A stretch of DNA of 64,000 nucleotides from NCBI GenBank assembly GCA_963782055.1, contig CAWAIF010000003.1:4192001-4256000 (forward strand). The letters are read 5' to 3'. The position numbers and the translations under genes were made by a program. This document shows positions 44,278 to 56,819 of this stretch, in pieces (position 1 is the first letter of the stretch; each line of letters starts with the position of its first letter). The notes beneath the pieces were generated by a model. The model worked only from the letters and a program-made list of their open reading frames with translations, had not been told where the DNA came from and did not search any database. The DNA is from an uncultured delta proteobacterium. GTDB taxonomy: Bacteria > Myxococcota_A > Polyangia > Polyangiales > Polyangiaceae.

Positions 44278-46291
44278 GTGGAAGAGGATCAGCCCCCGGA
44301 CTCCGAGGAGTCGGCGGACCCCGAGGCGCCGCCCCCGGTGCCGTGCCCGTGGTGCGAGGCGGCGCTGCCCCCCGCGGAGGGGCGCGCCCCCCGCAAGTGC
44401 GAGGCGTGTGGTCGCGAGGCGGTGTTCTGCGCCAAGTACCGCATCACCGGCCTGCTCGGCCGTGGTGGCATGGGCGTCGTCTACTCCGGGGTCCGCATGA
44501 CCGACCACCGCCACGTGGCGATCAGAGATCCTCGCGCCGCCCCACGACGACGACTGGACGGCGTGGGAGCTCTTCGAGCGCTCCTGCCGCGTGCTCCAGC
44601 AGCTGCACCACAGGAGCCTCCCCCACGTCTACGCCTTCGAGCGCACCGAGACCGGACAGCTCGTGCTGGTGCGCGAGCCCATGGACGGCGGGACGCTGGA
44701 GGAGCGCATCGCCACGCTCGACGACCGCCTGTCGCTCGACGAGGTACGCCACCTGCTCGACAAGATGCTCGAGCTCCTCGTGTACCTGCAGGGGCGCGTG
44801 CCGCCGGTCATCCACCGCGACATCAAGCCGTCCAACGTCATGTTCCGCAACGAGGCGAGCTGGGAGCCGGTGCTCGTCGACTTCGACACCATCGTCTCGC
44901 GGCGCAGCGGGCTGACCATCGTCGGTACGCCCGGCTACGCGGCGCCGGAGCAGTTCGCCGCCGAGGCGTCGCCGGCCTCCGACGTCTACGGCCTGGGCGC
45001 CACCATGCTCTTCGTCGCCACCCACGTCGACGCCGACGAGCTCCCGCGCAAGGATGGTCGCTTCCACGTCCGCGACAAGCTCACCTCACTGGACGACGCG
45101 CTGGTGGACGTGCTCGAGCGCATGGTGGAGCCGGACCTCTCGCGGCGCTACGCGTCGGCGCGCGCGGTGCGCGCGGCGCTGAGCGACCTGGGTCACGTCC
45201 ACGCGCCCCCGCCGCGCCCGCCGCCCCCGGCGGAGGTCGCGCGGCGCGCGCCGGTTCCGGCGCCCACCCCATCGCGCGGGGCCGGAAAGTACATCGGCGG
45301 CGCCCTCGGGCTCCTGGTCTTCGGCCTGATCATCAAGCACCAGATCGCCGTCCGCTTCGCCGAGGCGCCCCCCCCGCCACCCTCCGCCGCCGCGGACGAC
45401 GACGCTTCGACCCCCGACGCCCGGCAGAACGCCCTCGACGATCGCGGCTGCAAGGCGCGTGACGCCGAGGCCTGCTTCAACCTCGCCCTGCGCTACGACG
45501 ATGGCACCCACGGCATCACCAAGGACTGGGCGCGCGCCGCCGCCCTCTACGACGAAGCCTGCAAGTACGGCAACGCCACCGCCTGCAACAACCTGGGCGT
45601 CGACTACAACTACGGCTACGGGGTGAAGGCGGACATGGACGCCGCCATCTCCCTGTACGGGGTGGCCTGCGACGGCGGCGACCAGCACGGATGCAACAAC
45701 CTCGGCAACGTCTACGACGACAACGCCGGCGACTCCGGAGTCCCACCCGACTACGCGCGCGCCCTCGCCATCTTCAGCGACGGGTGCGACCGCGACGACG
45801 GCCTCGCCTGCAACAACCTCGGCTGGATGAACGAGGCCGGCCACGGCACGCCCAAGGACCTGAAGAAGGCGGCCAGCCTCTACGGCCTGGCGTGCGATCA
45901 CGGCTACCTCCACGCCTGCCGCAACACCGGCCTCATGTACGAGAGCGGCCGGGGCGTGGATAAGGACGAGCGCCGCGCCGTCGCCCTCTTCCGCCGCTCG
46001 TGCGTGGACAGCGAGAAGAGCGGGTGCATCGAGCTCGGGCGCATGCTGCGTGACGGCCGGGGCACGCGGAAGGACCTCCCCGGCGCCGCCGACGCCCTCC
46101 AGACCGCCTGCGACGACGACTTCCGCGACGCGTGCGACGACCTCGGGCGGATGGTCGCCGCCGGCCAGGGCGTCCCGAAGGACCCCGCCAAGGCGCGCGA
46201 CCTCTTCCTCCAGGCCTGCCTGGGCGACACCGACGCCGGCTGCTCCGATCTCGCCAGGGCCCAGGCCCAGGACGACGCGCGAGACCCCTGA
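44278..46291 (+). pseudogene. Zn-ribbon/Ser-Thr kinase/TM/Sel1-repeat protein, frameshifted at ~44525
   Basis: Frame 1 gives CPWC..CEAC, GRGGMGVVY, HVAI; the +1 frame continues IL..HRDIKPSN, DFD, GTPGYAAPE, a TM segment and Sel1 repeats. Removing G44525 restores VAIKIL. May be an assembly error. Confidence 0.75.
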
Positions 46292-46323
46292 CGCGAGCCC
46301 CGCGCGGACCCTATAGCTGGTCC

Positions 46324-47718
<1,395 letters not shown>

Positions 47719-48261
47719 TCAGGTCACGACGCTGCTCGCCTGGGGGCCCTTGTCGCCGTCTTCCTCCACGAAGCGGACCTCGCTGCCGATGGCCAGGCGC
47801 TGGAAGGCGCCGTGGAGGACGCTGTTGCGGTGGAAGTAGACCTCGTCACCCTCCGGCGTCTCCAGGAAGCCGAAGCCCTCGTAGTGGAAGATCTTCTTCA
47901 CACGCCCGCGGCGGCGCGCCGGCTCGTGGTGCTTGACCTGCTGCCGATCCATGCGGGATTGCTCCAGCAGCAGCCGGCCCGCCTCGTCGAACACCTCGTC
48001 GATGGCGGCGTACAGGTCCTGGTGGCGAATGTCGTCGCCGGGATCGCGCTGGACGACGACCTCGTGACCGGGGATCTTCACGTCGACACGCACGCGGTAA
48101 TCCTTGCCGTGGAGGCGGTGCCGGTGTGGGCATTCGAGCGCGACGTGGCAGCTCGTGATTCTTGGGTGGAAGGTGTCGAGCTTCTGGGTGTGCTTGGTGA
48201 CGTAATCGCGAACGGGATCGGATGGGGGGATATCACGGAATGTGATCTGAACCTGTTGCAT
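47719..48261 (-). CDS. HPF/RaiA ribosome-associated protein fused to a cold-shock domain
   Basis: QITFRDIP, DLYAAIDEVF, then GFGFLET..EVYFHRNSV..GPQAS. Confidence 0.92.
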   Translation of the reverse strand: MQQVQITFRDIPPSDPVRDYVTKHTQKLDTFHPRITSCHVALECPHRHRLHGKDYRVRVDVKIPGHEVVVQRDPGDDIRHQDLYAAIDEVFDEAGRLLLEQSRMDRQQVKHHEPARRRGRVKKIFHYEGFGFLETPEGDEVYFHRNSVLHGAFQRLAIGSEVRFVEEDGDKGPQASSVVT

Positions 48262-48273
48262 GCACACCGGGAG

Positions 48274-48289
48274 AGCAACGCGCGGGCCA
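48274..48289 (-). promoter_or_regulatory. Sigma-54 promoter of the HPF-CSD gene
   Basis: TGGCCCGCGCGTTGCT (GG-N10-GC). Confidence 0.7.
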
Positions 48290-48400
48290 CGCGCCTTTCC
48301 CGGAAAATTCGCGCGTCTTGCCTGCGCGCGACGTGTCAGCGGTGCGTTCCGCTGCAAGGCATGCGCGCAACGCGTACGCGTCCACGCCGGGCGGTGGAGC

Positions 48401-48985
48401 TTAGGACGAGATCCAGCCCAGCGCCTGCAAGTCGCTGACCAGGGCGAGCGGGACGTTGTCCGGCGTGACCACGGTGATCTGACGCGCGCGCGCCGCGGCC
48501 ATCGTCCGGAGCACCCCGGCGGGCGCCGTGCTGTCGACGACGCTCTCCGCTCGCGATGCGAGATCGCGCGCGCTGGCGTCGGCGAACCGCCGACGCCAGA
48601 GGTGCTCCAGCTCCCCGCGGCGCGGGGCGAGATCCGCGTCGCACACGACGCCGACGAAGCGGCCGACCGCGTCGACCACGGGAAGCACGTGCGCGCGCAG
48701 CTCGGCGAACACGGCGGCGAGCTCGGGGGCGGCGAGATCCTCGGCCAGGCGTACGGCGCCGTTGACGAGCCGCGCCCCCACGCCCTCGTCGCCGCCCTCC
48801 ACGTCCGGCCTGCAGCGGACCGCGGCGCCCTCGCCCTCTCCGATGGACAACGTCCGCGGGCACACCACGCACTCCTCGAGCGGAAGCGTCCGACGCTTCC
48901 GCGGGCAGTACACCACCTCGCCCGTGGTGCGGCGACCCCGCCGACCCATGACGTCCAGCGTGAGGATGGGGAGTGCCCGGATCAT
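48401..48985 (-). CDS. CBS-domain protein with N-terminal Cys motif
   Basis: YCPR..ECVVCP..C N-terminus; LPVVDAVGRFVGVVCDADL and VVTPDNVPLALVSDLQAL CBS pair. Confidence 0.7.
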   Translation of the reverse strand: MIRALPILTLDVMGRRGRRTTGEVVYCPRKRRTLPLEECVVCPRTLSIGEGEGAAVRCRPDVEGGDEGVGARLVNGAVRLAEDLAAPELAAVFAELRAHVLPVVDAVGRFVGVVCDADLAPRRGELEHLWRRRFADASARDLASRAESVVDSTAPAGVLRTMAAARARQITVVTPDNVPLALVSDLQALGWISS

Positions 48986-49000
48986 CCTTCGCAAGAGACG

Positions 49001-49016
49001 AGCACACCACGTGCCA
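49001..49016 (-). promoter_or_regulatory. Sigma-54 promoter of the CBS gene
   Basis: TGGCACGTGGTGTGCT (GG-N10-GC). Confidence 0.65.
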
Positions 49017-49096
49017 CAGCGAAAAACCCGCGGGACACGGGGTCCCGCGGGCCTTCCGGGGTGCAGCCTTTGCGGTCGGCTGCGGCGCGTGCGCGG

Positions 49097-50107
<1,011 letters not shown>

Positions 50108-50260
50108 CCCGCGCTCCTTTTGCTTGGTGCTGTCGTTGGAGGCCGAAGGGTAAGGCGACGCGGCGGCGCCCACAAGCCACGCCTGAGGCGGGACCGGATG
50201 GTGCGCCGGCACGCCCCGGAGGCGGGGTGCGGGCCGGGCTCGCGGTGTTACCTTTCCCCC

Positions 50261-50413
50261 ATGGCCGACGACAGCAAGAAGGACGACGTGGTCGTGCACT
50301 GCCCGAAGTGCAACGCGGAGGTCAGGGTGAGCGAGCGGGAGGCGCAGGCGAAGATGGTCGTCACCTGCCCGAACGGCCACCGCGTGGAGCTGGTGCGCAG
50401 TCTCCTGGCGTGA
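50261..50413 (+). CDS. 50-aa zinc-ribbon-like protein
   Basis: [21 protein letters not shown]...[23 protein letters not shown] 6 nt upstream; GC-rich third codon positions. Confidence 0.65.
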   Translation: MADDSKKDDVVVHCPKCNAEVRVSEREAQAKMVVTCPNGHRVELVRSLLA

Positions 50414-50503
50414 CGGCGGCGTCTCGCGTGACGACCGCGTGACGGCTGGCGCGGGCGCGCGGGATCCGTGCGACGCGACCCGCCGCGGGGCTATGCTCCG
50501 GGC

Positions 50504-51295
50504 GTGTTCCGCTTCCTGCGCCGGCGCAAGCTCGAGGCCCTGAAGGCGCGGCCGCTCCCCGAGGCGTGGCGCGCCGTCGCCCTGCGCAACGTCCCGTACC
50601 TGCGCGACCTGCCGCCGGAGGACCTGCGCGAGCTGGAGGGGCTGATGCAGATCTTCCTCGCCGAGAAGCGGTTCGAGGGCTGCGGCGGGATGGAGATCAC
50701 CGACGAGGTGCGGGTCACGGTGGCCGCGCAGGCGTGCCTCTTGCTCCTGCACCGCGACACCGACGTCTACCCGGATCTGGTCAGCATCGTCATCTACCCG
50801 AGCGCCTTCCGCGTGCCGAGCCGGCAGCCCGCGGGCGGCGTGGTGATCGAGGGCACCAGCACCCTCGCGGGCGAGTCGTGGGCGCGCGACGTCGTGGTGC
50901 TCTCGTGGGACCACGTCGTCGCCGACGCGCGCAACCCCGCCGACGGCAAGAACGTCGTCCTGCACGAGTTCGCACACCAGCTCGACGCCGAGGAAGGGGC
51001 GATGGACGGCGCCCCGGACCTCGGCTCGGGCAAGCGCTACGGCCCGTGGGCGCGGGTGCTCGGCGCGGAGTACGAGGAGCTCGCGCGGGAGCTGCGCGAG
51101 GGGCTGCGCGGCGACATCGACACCTACGGCGCGAAGAACCCGCCGGAGTTCTTCGCCGTCGTGACCGAGGAGTTCTTCGAGAAGCCGCTCGCCCTGCGCG
51201 AGCGCCACCCCGAGCTCTACGCCCAGCTCCGCGACTTCTACCGGCAAGACCCCGCGGAGCGCCGAGCATCCAATCAAGAAAGGGACCCACGATGA
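50504..51295 (+). CDS. MtfA-like zinc-dependent peptidase (M90)
   Basis: [50 protein letters not shown]. Confidence 0.9.
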   Translation: MFRFLRRRKLEALKARPLPEAWRAVALRNVPYLRDLPPEDLRELEGLMQIFLAEKRFEGCGGMEITDEVRVTVAAQACLLLLHRDTDVYPDLVSIVIYPSAFRVPSRQPAGGVVIEGTSTLAGESWARDVVVLSWDHVVADARNPADGKNVVLHEFAHQLDAEEGAMDGAPDLGSGKRYGPWARVLGAEYEELARELREGLRGDIDTYGAKNPPEFFAVVTEEFFEKPLALRERHPELYAQLRDFYRQDPAERRASNQERDPR

Positions 51296-53649
51296 CCGAA
51301 CCTTCCCCGGACCTGCTCGCGCGCATGGACGCCTACTGGCGCGCCGCGAACTACCTCTCCGTCGGGCAGATCTACCTGCTGGACAACGCCCTGCTGCGCC
51401 AGCCGCTCGGCATCGAGCACGTCAAGCCGCGCCTCCTCGGTCACTGGGGGACGACCCCCGGCCTCAACTTCGTCTACGTGCACCTCAATCGCGTCATCTG
51501 CGAGCGCGACGTCTCGGTGATGTACGTGTGCGGTCCCGGCCACGGCGGCCCGGGCATGGTGGCCAACGCCTGGCTGGAGGGGACCTACAGCGAGGTCTAC
51601 CCCAACGTCTCGCTGGACGCGGAGGGCATGCAGCACCTCTTCAAGCAGTTCTCCTTCCCCGGCGGTATCCCGAGCCACGTCGCGCCGGAGACTCCGGGGT
51701 CCATCCACGAGGGGGGCGAGCTCGGGTACTCGCTGGCGCACGCGTACGGCGCGGTCTTCGACAACCCGGACCTGGTGGTCGCCTGCGTCGTGGGCGACGG
51801 CGAGGCGGAGACCGGCCCGGCCGCCACCGGGTGGCACGCCAACAAGTTCATCAACGCCGCACGGGACGGCGCGGTGCTGCCCATCCTTCACCTGAACGGC
51901 TACAAGATCGCCGGGCCCACCGTGCTCGCGCGCATCCCCGACGAGGAGCTCGGCGAGCTGATGCGCGGCTACGGCTACGACCCGGTCTTCGTCGCCGGGA
52001 GCGACCCGGAGCCCACCCACCGCGCCATGGCCTCCGCGCTGGACTACGCCTTCGAGGCGATCGACCAGATCCAGCACGCGGCCCGCAAGCGCGGCGATGC
52101 GTCGCGCCCCCGCTGGCCGATGATCGTGCTCCGCACGCCGAAGGGCTGGACCGGGCCGAAGGTGGTGGACGGCAAGCCGGTGGAGGGGACGTTCCGCGCG
52201 CACCAGGTGCCGCTCTCCGCGCTGGCCTCGCACCCCGACCACGTGCGCATGCTGGAGCAGTGGATGCGCAGCTACCGACCGGAGGAGCTGTTCGACGACG
52301 ACGGGAGCCCCCGGGCCGAGCTGCGCGCGCTGCCGCCGAAGGGGCCGCGCCGGATGAGCGCCAACCCCCACGCCAACGGCGGCGCGCTGCTGCGCGACCT
52401 GCGCATGCCCAACTTCCGCGACTACGCCGTGAGCGTCCCCTCCCCCGGCGCCGCCGTCGCCGAGGCGACGCGCGTCCAGGGCGCCCTCATCCGCGACGTG
52501 CTGACCGAGAACGCGGGCCAGAAGAACTTCCGCGTCTTCTCCCCCGACGAGACCATGTCCAACCGCTGGTCGCCCGTCTTCGAGGTGGAGACGCGCATGT
52601 CCATGGCGGAGGTGCGAGGCGACGACGAGCGCGTCTCGCACGAGGGACGCGTCATGGAGGTGCTCAGCGAGCACATGTGCCAGGGCTGGCTGGAGGGCTA
52701 CCTGCTGACGGGCCGGCACGGCTTCTTCTCCTGCTACGAGGCCTTCATCCACATCGTGGACTCCATGTTCAACCAGCACGCCAAGTGGCTGAAGACCACG
52801 CGCGCCATCCCCTGGCGGCGGCCGATCGCCTCGCTCAACTACCTGCTCACGAGCCACGTCTGGCGACAGGACCACAACGGCTTCTCGCACCAGGACCCCG
52901 GCTTCATCGATCACGTCATCAACAAGAAGGCGGAGGTGATTCGCGTCTACCTCCCGCCGGACGCCAACACGCTCCTCTCGGTGACGGACCACTGCCTGCG
53001 CAGCCGGCATTACGTCAACGTCATCGTGGCCGGCAAGCAGCCGTCGCCGCAGTGGCTGGACATCGACTCCGCCGTGCGCCACTGCGCCGCGGGGATCGGC
53101 ATCTGGGAGTGGGCTTCCAACGACGCCGGACACGAGCCGGACGTGGTGATGGCGTGCGCCGGGGACGTGCCGACCCTCGAGACGCTCGCCGCGGTCTCCA
53201 TCCTGCGGCAGAAGCTACCCGAGCTGCGGGTGCGCGTCGTGAACGTGGTGGATCTGATGAAGCTGCAGCCCACCACCGAGCACCCGCACGGCCTCTCCGA
53301 CAGAGACTTCGACGCCCTCTTCACGAAGGACAGGCCCATCATCTTCGCCTTTCACGGCTACCCCTGGCTGATCCACCGCCTCGCGTACCGCCGCACCAAC
53401 CATGCCAACCTGCACGTGCGCGGCTACAAGGAAGAGGGCACTACCACCACCCCCTTCGACATGGTCGTACGCAACGATCTGGACCGTTACCACCTCGTGG
53501 CCGATGTGGTCGACCGGGTGCCCTCGCTCGGCTCGCGCTCCGGGTACATCAAGCAGTGGGTGCACGACAAGCTGGTGGACCACGAGCAGTACGTCACCCG
53601 CTACGGGGAGGACATGCCGGAGATCCGCGACTGGCAGTGGGGGCGCTGA
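51292..53649 (+). CDS. xfp: Phosphoketolase (XFP family)
   Basis: [58 protein letters not shown]. Confidence 0.97.
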   Translation: MTEPSPDLLARMDAYWRAANYLSVGQIYLLDNALLRQPLGIEHVKPRLLGHWGTTPGLNFVYVHLNRVICERDVSVMYVCGPGHGGPGMVANAWLEGTYSEVYPNVSLDAEGMQHLFKQFSFPGGIPSHVAPETPGSIHEGGELGYSLAHAYGAVFDNPDLVVACVVGDGEAETGPAATGWHANKFINAARDGAVLPILHLNGYKIAGPTVLARIPDEELGELMRGYGYDPVFVAGSDPEPTHRAMASALDYAFEAIDQIQHAARKRGDASRPRWPMIVLRTPKGWTGPKVVDGKPVEGTFRAHQVPLSALASHPDHVRMLEQWMRSYRPEELFDDDGSPRAELRALPPKGPRRMSANPHANGGALLRDLRMPNFRDYAVSVPSPGAAVAEATRVQGALIRDVLTENAGQKNFRVFSPDETMSNRWSPVFEVETRMSMAEVRGDDERVSHEGRVMEVLSEHMCQGWLEGYLLTGRHGFFSCYEAFIHIVDSMFNQHAKWLKTTRAIPWRRPIASLNYLLTSHVWRQDHNGFSHQDPGFIDHVINKKAEVIRVYLPPDANTLLSVTDHCLRSRHYVNVIVAGKQPSPQWLDIDSAVRHCAAGIGIWEWASNDAGHEPDVVMACAGDVPTLETLAAVSILRQKLPELRVRVVNVVDLMKLQPTTEHPHGLSDRDFDALFTKDRPIIFAFHGYPWLIHRLAYRRTNHANLHVRGYKEEGTTTTPFDMVVRNDLDRYHLVADVVDRVPSLGSRSGYIKQWVHDKLVDHEQYVTRYGEDMPEIRDWQWGR

Positions 53650-53918
53650 GCGGACGTGCCGAGGGCGACGCGCGTTGTGATGCGCAGATGCCCGTAGTGA
53701 TGTACCGCGCCGTACGACCATGCAGGCAGCACGCGTCTTTTTCGTCACCGGCGCGGTGTGTTTCCCCCCAAATCGCCGCAAATCGCGGTGACAAGTCCCG
53801 TTTTCGGGACACCGACGCACATTGCCTCATGATGAAAGTGCACTCCAAACGCAATGCGTGCGGCCCGCCGCGCGCGCGCCTCGCGCGATAGCGCGCTAAA
53901 CTGGCGCGCAACCGTTGC

Positions 53919-53934
53919 TGGAATGCTCGTTGCT
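53919..53934 (+). promoter_or_regulatory. Sigma-54 promoter of the cyc2-like operon
   Basis: TGGAATGCTCGTTGCT (GG-N10-GC); GGAGG SD before the ATG at 54021. Confidence 0.6.
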
Positions 53935-54020
53935 CTGCCGTGGCGACATGGAAGGTGGGCACTCACGGTCGAGATTCTCTTGATCGCCGGGGTGCCGCCG
54001 AATCGACGGGAGGACGTCGC

Positions 54021-55508
54021 ATGTCGACCCACCGACGTGTACTGATCTACTTCGCGAGCGCCATCGCGGCGATGATCACCTATTTCTCCATTCAACCGGA
54101 CGCGCTCGCGGTACCGTCCTTTGCGCGCAAGTACCAGACGAGCTGCCAGACCTGTCACACCGTCTACCCGATGCTCAACTCCTTCGGCGAAGCGTTCCGC
54201 CGGGACGGTTATCGATTCCCGAGCGAGAACGGCAGCGTCGACAGCGACGTCGTGAAGGCGGACACCATCGCGCTGGGGCAGGAAGAGTACAAGAAGACCT
54301 TCCCCGACTCGGTTTGGCCCGACGTCATCACGCAGGCCGTCCCGCTCTCCGGGATGATCAACGGCGGCGTCGCGATGAACATGCCCGACTCCGACGCCAA
54401 GGCCGGCGCGGGGAATGTCTTCACCTGGGACGGCATCGTCGAGGAGGCACACCTCTTCGCGGCCGGCGCGTTCAACGACAAGCTGACGTACTTCACCCAG
54501 CTCACCTTCGCGAGCGACGGCCTGGACCTGGAGACCGGATACGTGCTCTGGAGCGACATCGTCGGTCCGCGGCACCTGGTCAACCTCTGGGCGGGGCGGA
54601 TGATGGCCCCGCAGCTCACCAGCTGGGCGCTTCATAGCTCGTACCTGAGCGACAGCTACATGCCCGCCACGTCAATCGGCGGACTCTACAGCGCATCGGG
54701 CAACGGCTTCTCGCTCGGGATGGGTCACTCCGACGGCGTGGAGGTCAACGGCATCGTCGCGCACCGCATGAGCTACGCGCTCGGCTGGCTCGCCTCGCAG
54801 CCTTCCGACGGCCTGAACCTGCCCAACGCCGAGGAGGCCTACGCGCACCTGGGCTTCAAGCTGGGAGGCATGTCTCTGGACGGTGAGGGCGCCGGCGGCG
54901 CGCACGTGACCGACCCGAAGAAGCCTTGGGCGGAGACGTCCGTCACGCTCGACCTCTTCGGCTACCACGGCCTGAGCCTCAACGACAACGGGACGGGCAT
55001 CGACGGCCCGATCGCGCAGAACGACTCGGTCAACGCCATCGGCGGCGCGCTCCGCGTGCAGATCCAGTCGCTCAACATCAACGCCGGCCTGCAGGTGGAG
55101 CACCACTCCGCGCCGTACCCCGGGAGCGCCGCGACGCCGGCCGCCCCCCCCGACCAGCCCAACGATCTGCCGGGCGCGCCGGACTTCACGTCGGGCACCG
55201 GAGTCACGCAGTACAACGAGATCAACTACGTGATCTTCCCGTGGCTCGTCCCGGGCATCCGCACCGAGTACACACACCTCGACCTGGAGGGCGGCGGCGC
55301 CGCCGGCCTGCTCCGCGTCATCCCCGGCGTGGCGATGGCGATGCGGCCCAACATCCGGCTCATCCTCACTGCAGACTTCGAGTACGCGCACGGTCTCCCG
55401 CCGACGGGGGCGTGGGACGCCGCGGGAGGCGCGATCGTCGCCCCCGACGGACAGGACAGCAAGCTCGAGGCCGAAACCGTAAACGCCACCATGAACTGGG
55501 CGTTCTGA
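54021..55508 (+). CDS. cyc2: Cyc2-like monoheme cytochrome c-porin fusion
   Basis: Signal peptide, then AVPSFARKYQTSCQTCHTVYPML (AxPxFAR[K/Q][Y/T]-CxxCH-PxL), a beta-strand-rich body and C-terminal WAF. Confidence 0.8.
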   Translation: MSTHRRVLIYFASAIAAMITYFSIQPDALAVPSFARKYQTSCQTCHTVYPMLNSFGEAFRRDGYRFPSENGSVDSDVVKADTIALGQEEYKKTFPDSVWPDVITQAVPLSGMINGGVAMNMPDSDAKAGAGNVFTWDGIVEEAHLFAAGAFNDKLTYFTQLTFASDGLDLETGYVLWSDIVGPRHLVNLWAGRMMAPQLTSWALHSSYLSDSYMPATSIGGLYSASGNGFSLGMGHSDGVEVNGIVAHRMSYALGWLASQPSDGLNLPNAEEAYAHLGFKLGGMSLDGEGAGGAHVTDPKKPWAETSVTLDLFGYHGLSLNDNGTGIDGPIAQNDSVNAIGGALRVQIQSLNINAGLQVEHHSAPYPGSAATPAAPPDQPNDLPGAPDFTSGTGVTQYNEINYVIFPWLVPGIRTEYTHLDLEGGGAAGLLRVIPGVAMAMRPNIRLILTADFEYAHGLPPTGAWDAAGGAIVAPDGQDSKLEAETVNATMNWAF

Positions 55509-55522
55509 GAAAGGTTCCATCC

Positions 55523-56278
55523 ATGAATACGAAGTCTACTGCCGTTGCCTTGTGTCTCGTGCTCGCCGCGGCCTGCGGGGGCGAGGCAGCGTCCTCTGGA
55601 CCGCCCACCACCGGCGCCACGGCCACGCCGGTGGCCGCCACCTCCGCGCCGGCCACGACCGACGCGCCTCCGCCTGCCGTGCCCAGCGCATCCGCCGCCT
55701 CGAGCACCGCCGCGAGCACGACGCCGACGCCCGCCACCACGCCACCGCCCCCCGCAGGTAAAGCCGACATCTCCGGCACGGTGACGACCATGCCTGCCAA
55801 GGCCATCCGTGGCGGCGCGGTCGTCTACCTGGAGAACGCGCCGAAGGAGGCCGGCGTCGGCATGTCGGCCACCGTCGACAACATCCGCATGGCGTTCGTC
55901 CCGTACCTGACCGTCATCACGGCGGGCGGCACGGTCAAGTTCGCCAACAAGGACCCCTTCCCGCACAACGTCTTCTCCCCCCCGCCCAGCGGCTGGAACA
56001 TCGGCAACCTGGCGCCGCACGCGGTCAAGGAGAGGACGTTCGCCCAGCCGGGCACGCACACGCTGCTCTGCAACCTTCACCCGAACATGATCGGCTACAT
56101 CGTGGTGTCACCCTCGAGCTACTTCGTGAAGACGGACCACAAGGGGCACTACGTGCTCAAGGATGTCCCCGCCGGCACGTACAAGATCTCGGCGTGGGCG
56201 CCTCGGCTCAAGACGACCACCCAGTCCGTCACGGTGGCGGGCAGCCCGGTGACCGTCGACCTCGCGGTGCGCCGGTAG
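55523..56278 (+). CDS. Lipoprotein with cupredoxin domain and carboxypeptidase-regulatory-like (Ig) domain
   Basis: Lipobox LAAA-C, Pro/Thr linker, HNVFS..CNLHPNM type-1 Cu ligands, DVPAGTYKISAW. Confidence 0.8.
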   Translation: MNTKSTAVALCLVLAAACGGEAASSGPPTTGATATPVAATSAPATTDAPPPAVPSASAASSTAASTTPTPATTPPPPAGKADISGTVTTMPAKAIRGGAVVYLENAPKEAGVGMSATVDNIRMAFVPYLTVITAGGTVKFANKDPFPHNVFSPPPSGWNIGNLAPHAVKERTFAQPGTHTLLCNLHPNMIGYIVVSPSSYFVKTDHKGHYVLKDVPAGTYKISAWAPRLKTTTQSVTVAGSPVTVDLAVRR

Positions 56279-56287
56279 GAGGCACGA

Positions 56288-56800
56288 ATGAAGCGCTATC
56301 TGCTCGCCTTGGCCGTGCTCGCCACGGCCGCCTGCACGTCCGAGTCGCAGCCGGGGGACACACAACCACCCCCGCCGAACACCGCCGCGACGGTGGTCGC
56401 GCTCGCCAGCGCGACACCCCCGCCGGAGAAGGCGGCGGAGCTCCACGTGACCGTCACGGGCACCACCATGGCGTTTACTCCGACGGCGCTCACGGTCAAG
56501 GAGGGCCAGACGGTGCACCTGACCATCGAGAACAAGCTGCCGGGCGCGCTACCCCACAACTGGGCGCTCGTCATGCCCGGGACGGAGGCGCAGGTCGCGG
56601 CCGACGGCCTCACGAAGGGCGAGGCGGCCAACTACATCGCGCCCGGGCCCAACCTGCTCGCCAACACGCCGCTGGTGAAGCCCGGGAACACCGCCGACGT
56701 CACCTTCAAGGCGCCCGACGCGGGCAAGTACCCCTACATCTGCACCTTCCCCGGGCACTACCTGATGATGCACGGAGTGCTCACCGTGACCCCGCAGTGA
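56288..56800 (+). CDS. Auracyanin/azurin-like blue copper lipoprotein
   Basis: Lipobox ATAA-C; PHNW...YICTFPGHYLMM. Confidence 0.9.
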   Translation: MKRYLLALAVLATAACTSESQPGDTQPPPPNTAATVVALASATPPPEKAAELHVTVTGTTMAFTPTALTVKEGQTVHLTIENKLPGALPHNWALVMPGTEAQVAADGLTKGEAANYIAPGPNLLANTPLVKPGNTADVTFKAPDAGKYPYICTFPGHYLMMHGVLTVTPQ

Positions 56801-56819
56801 CACGCAAGGAGCGACGACA

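Noticed and set aside
53832..53848. Possible Fur box ATGAAAGTGCACTCCAA upstream of the cyc2-like gene
   Set aside because: Five mismatches to the consensus; only the left half resembles the 43323 box.
53902..53919. TGGCGCGCAACCGTTGCT as a sigma-54 promoter
   Set aside because: GG-to-GC spacing is 12 rather than 10; the adjacent 53919-53934 site fits the consensus.
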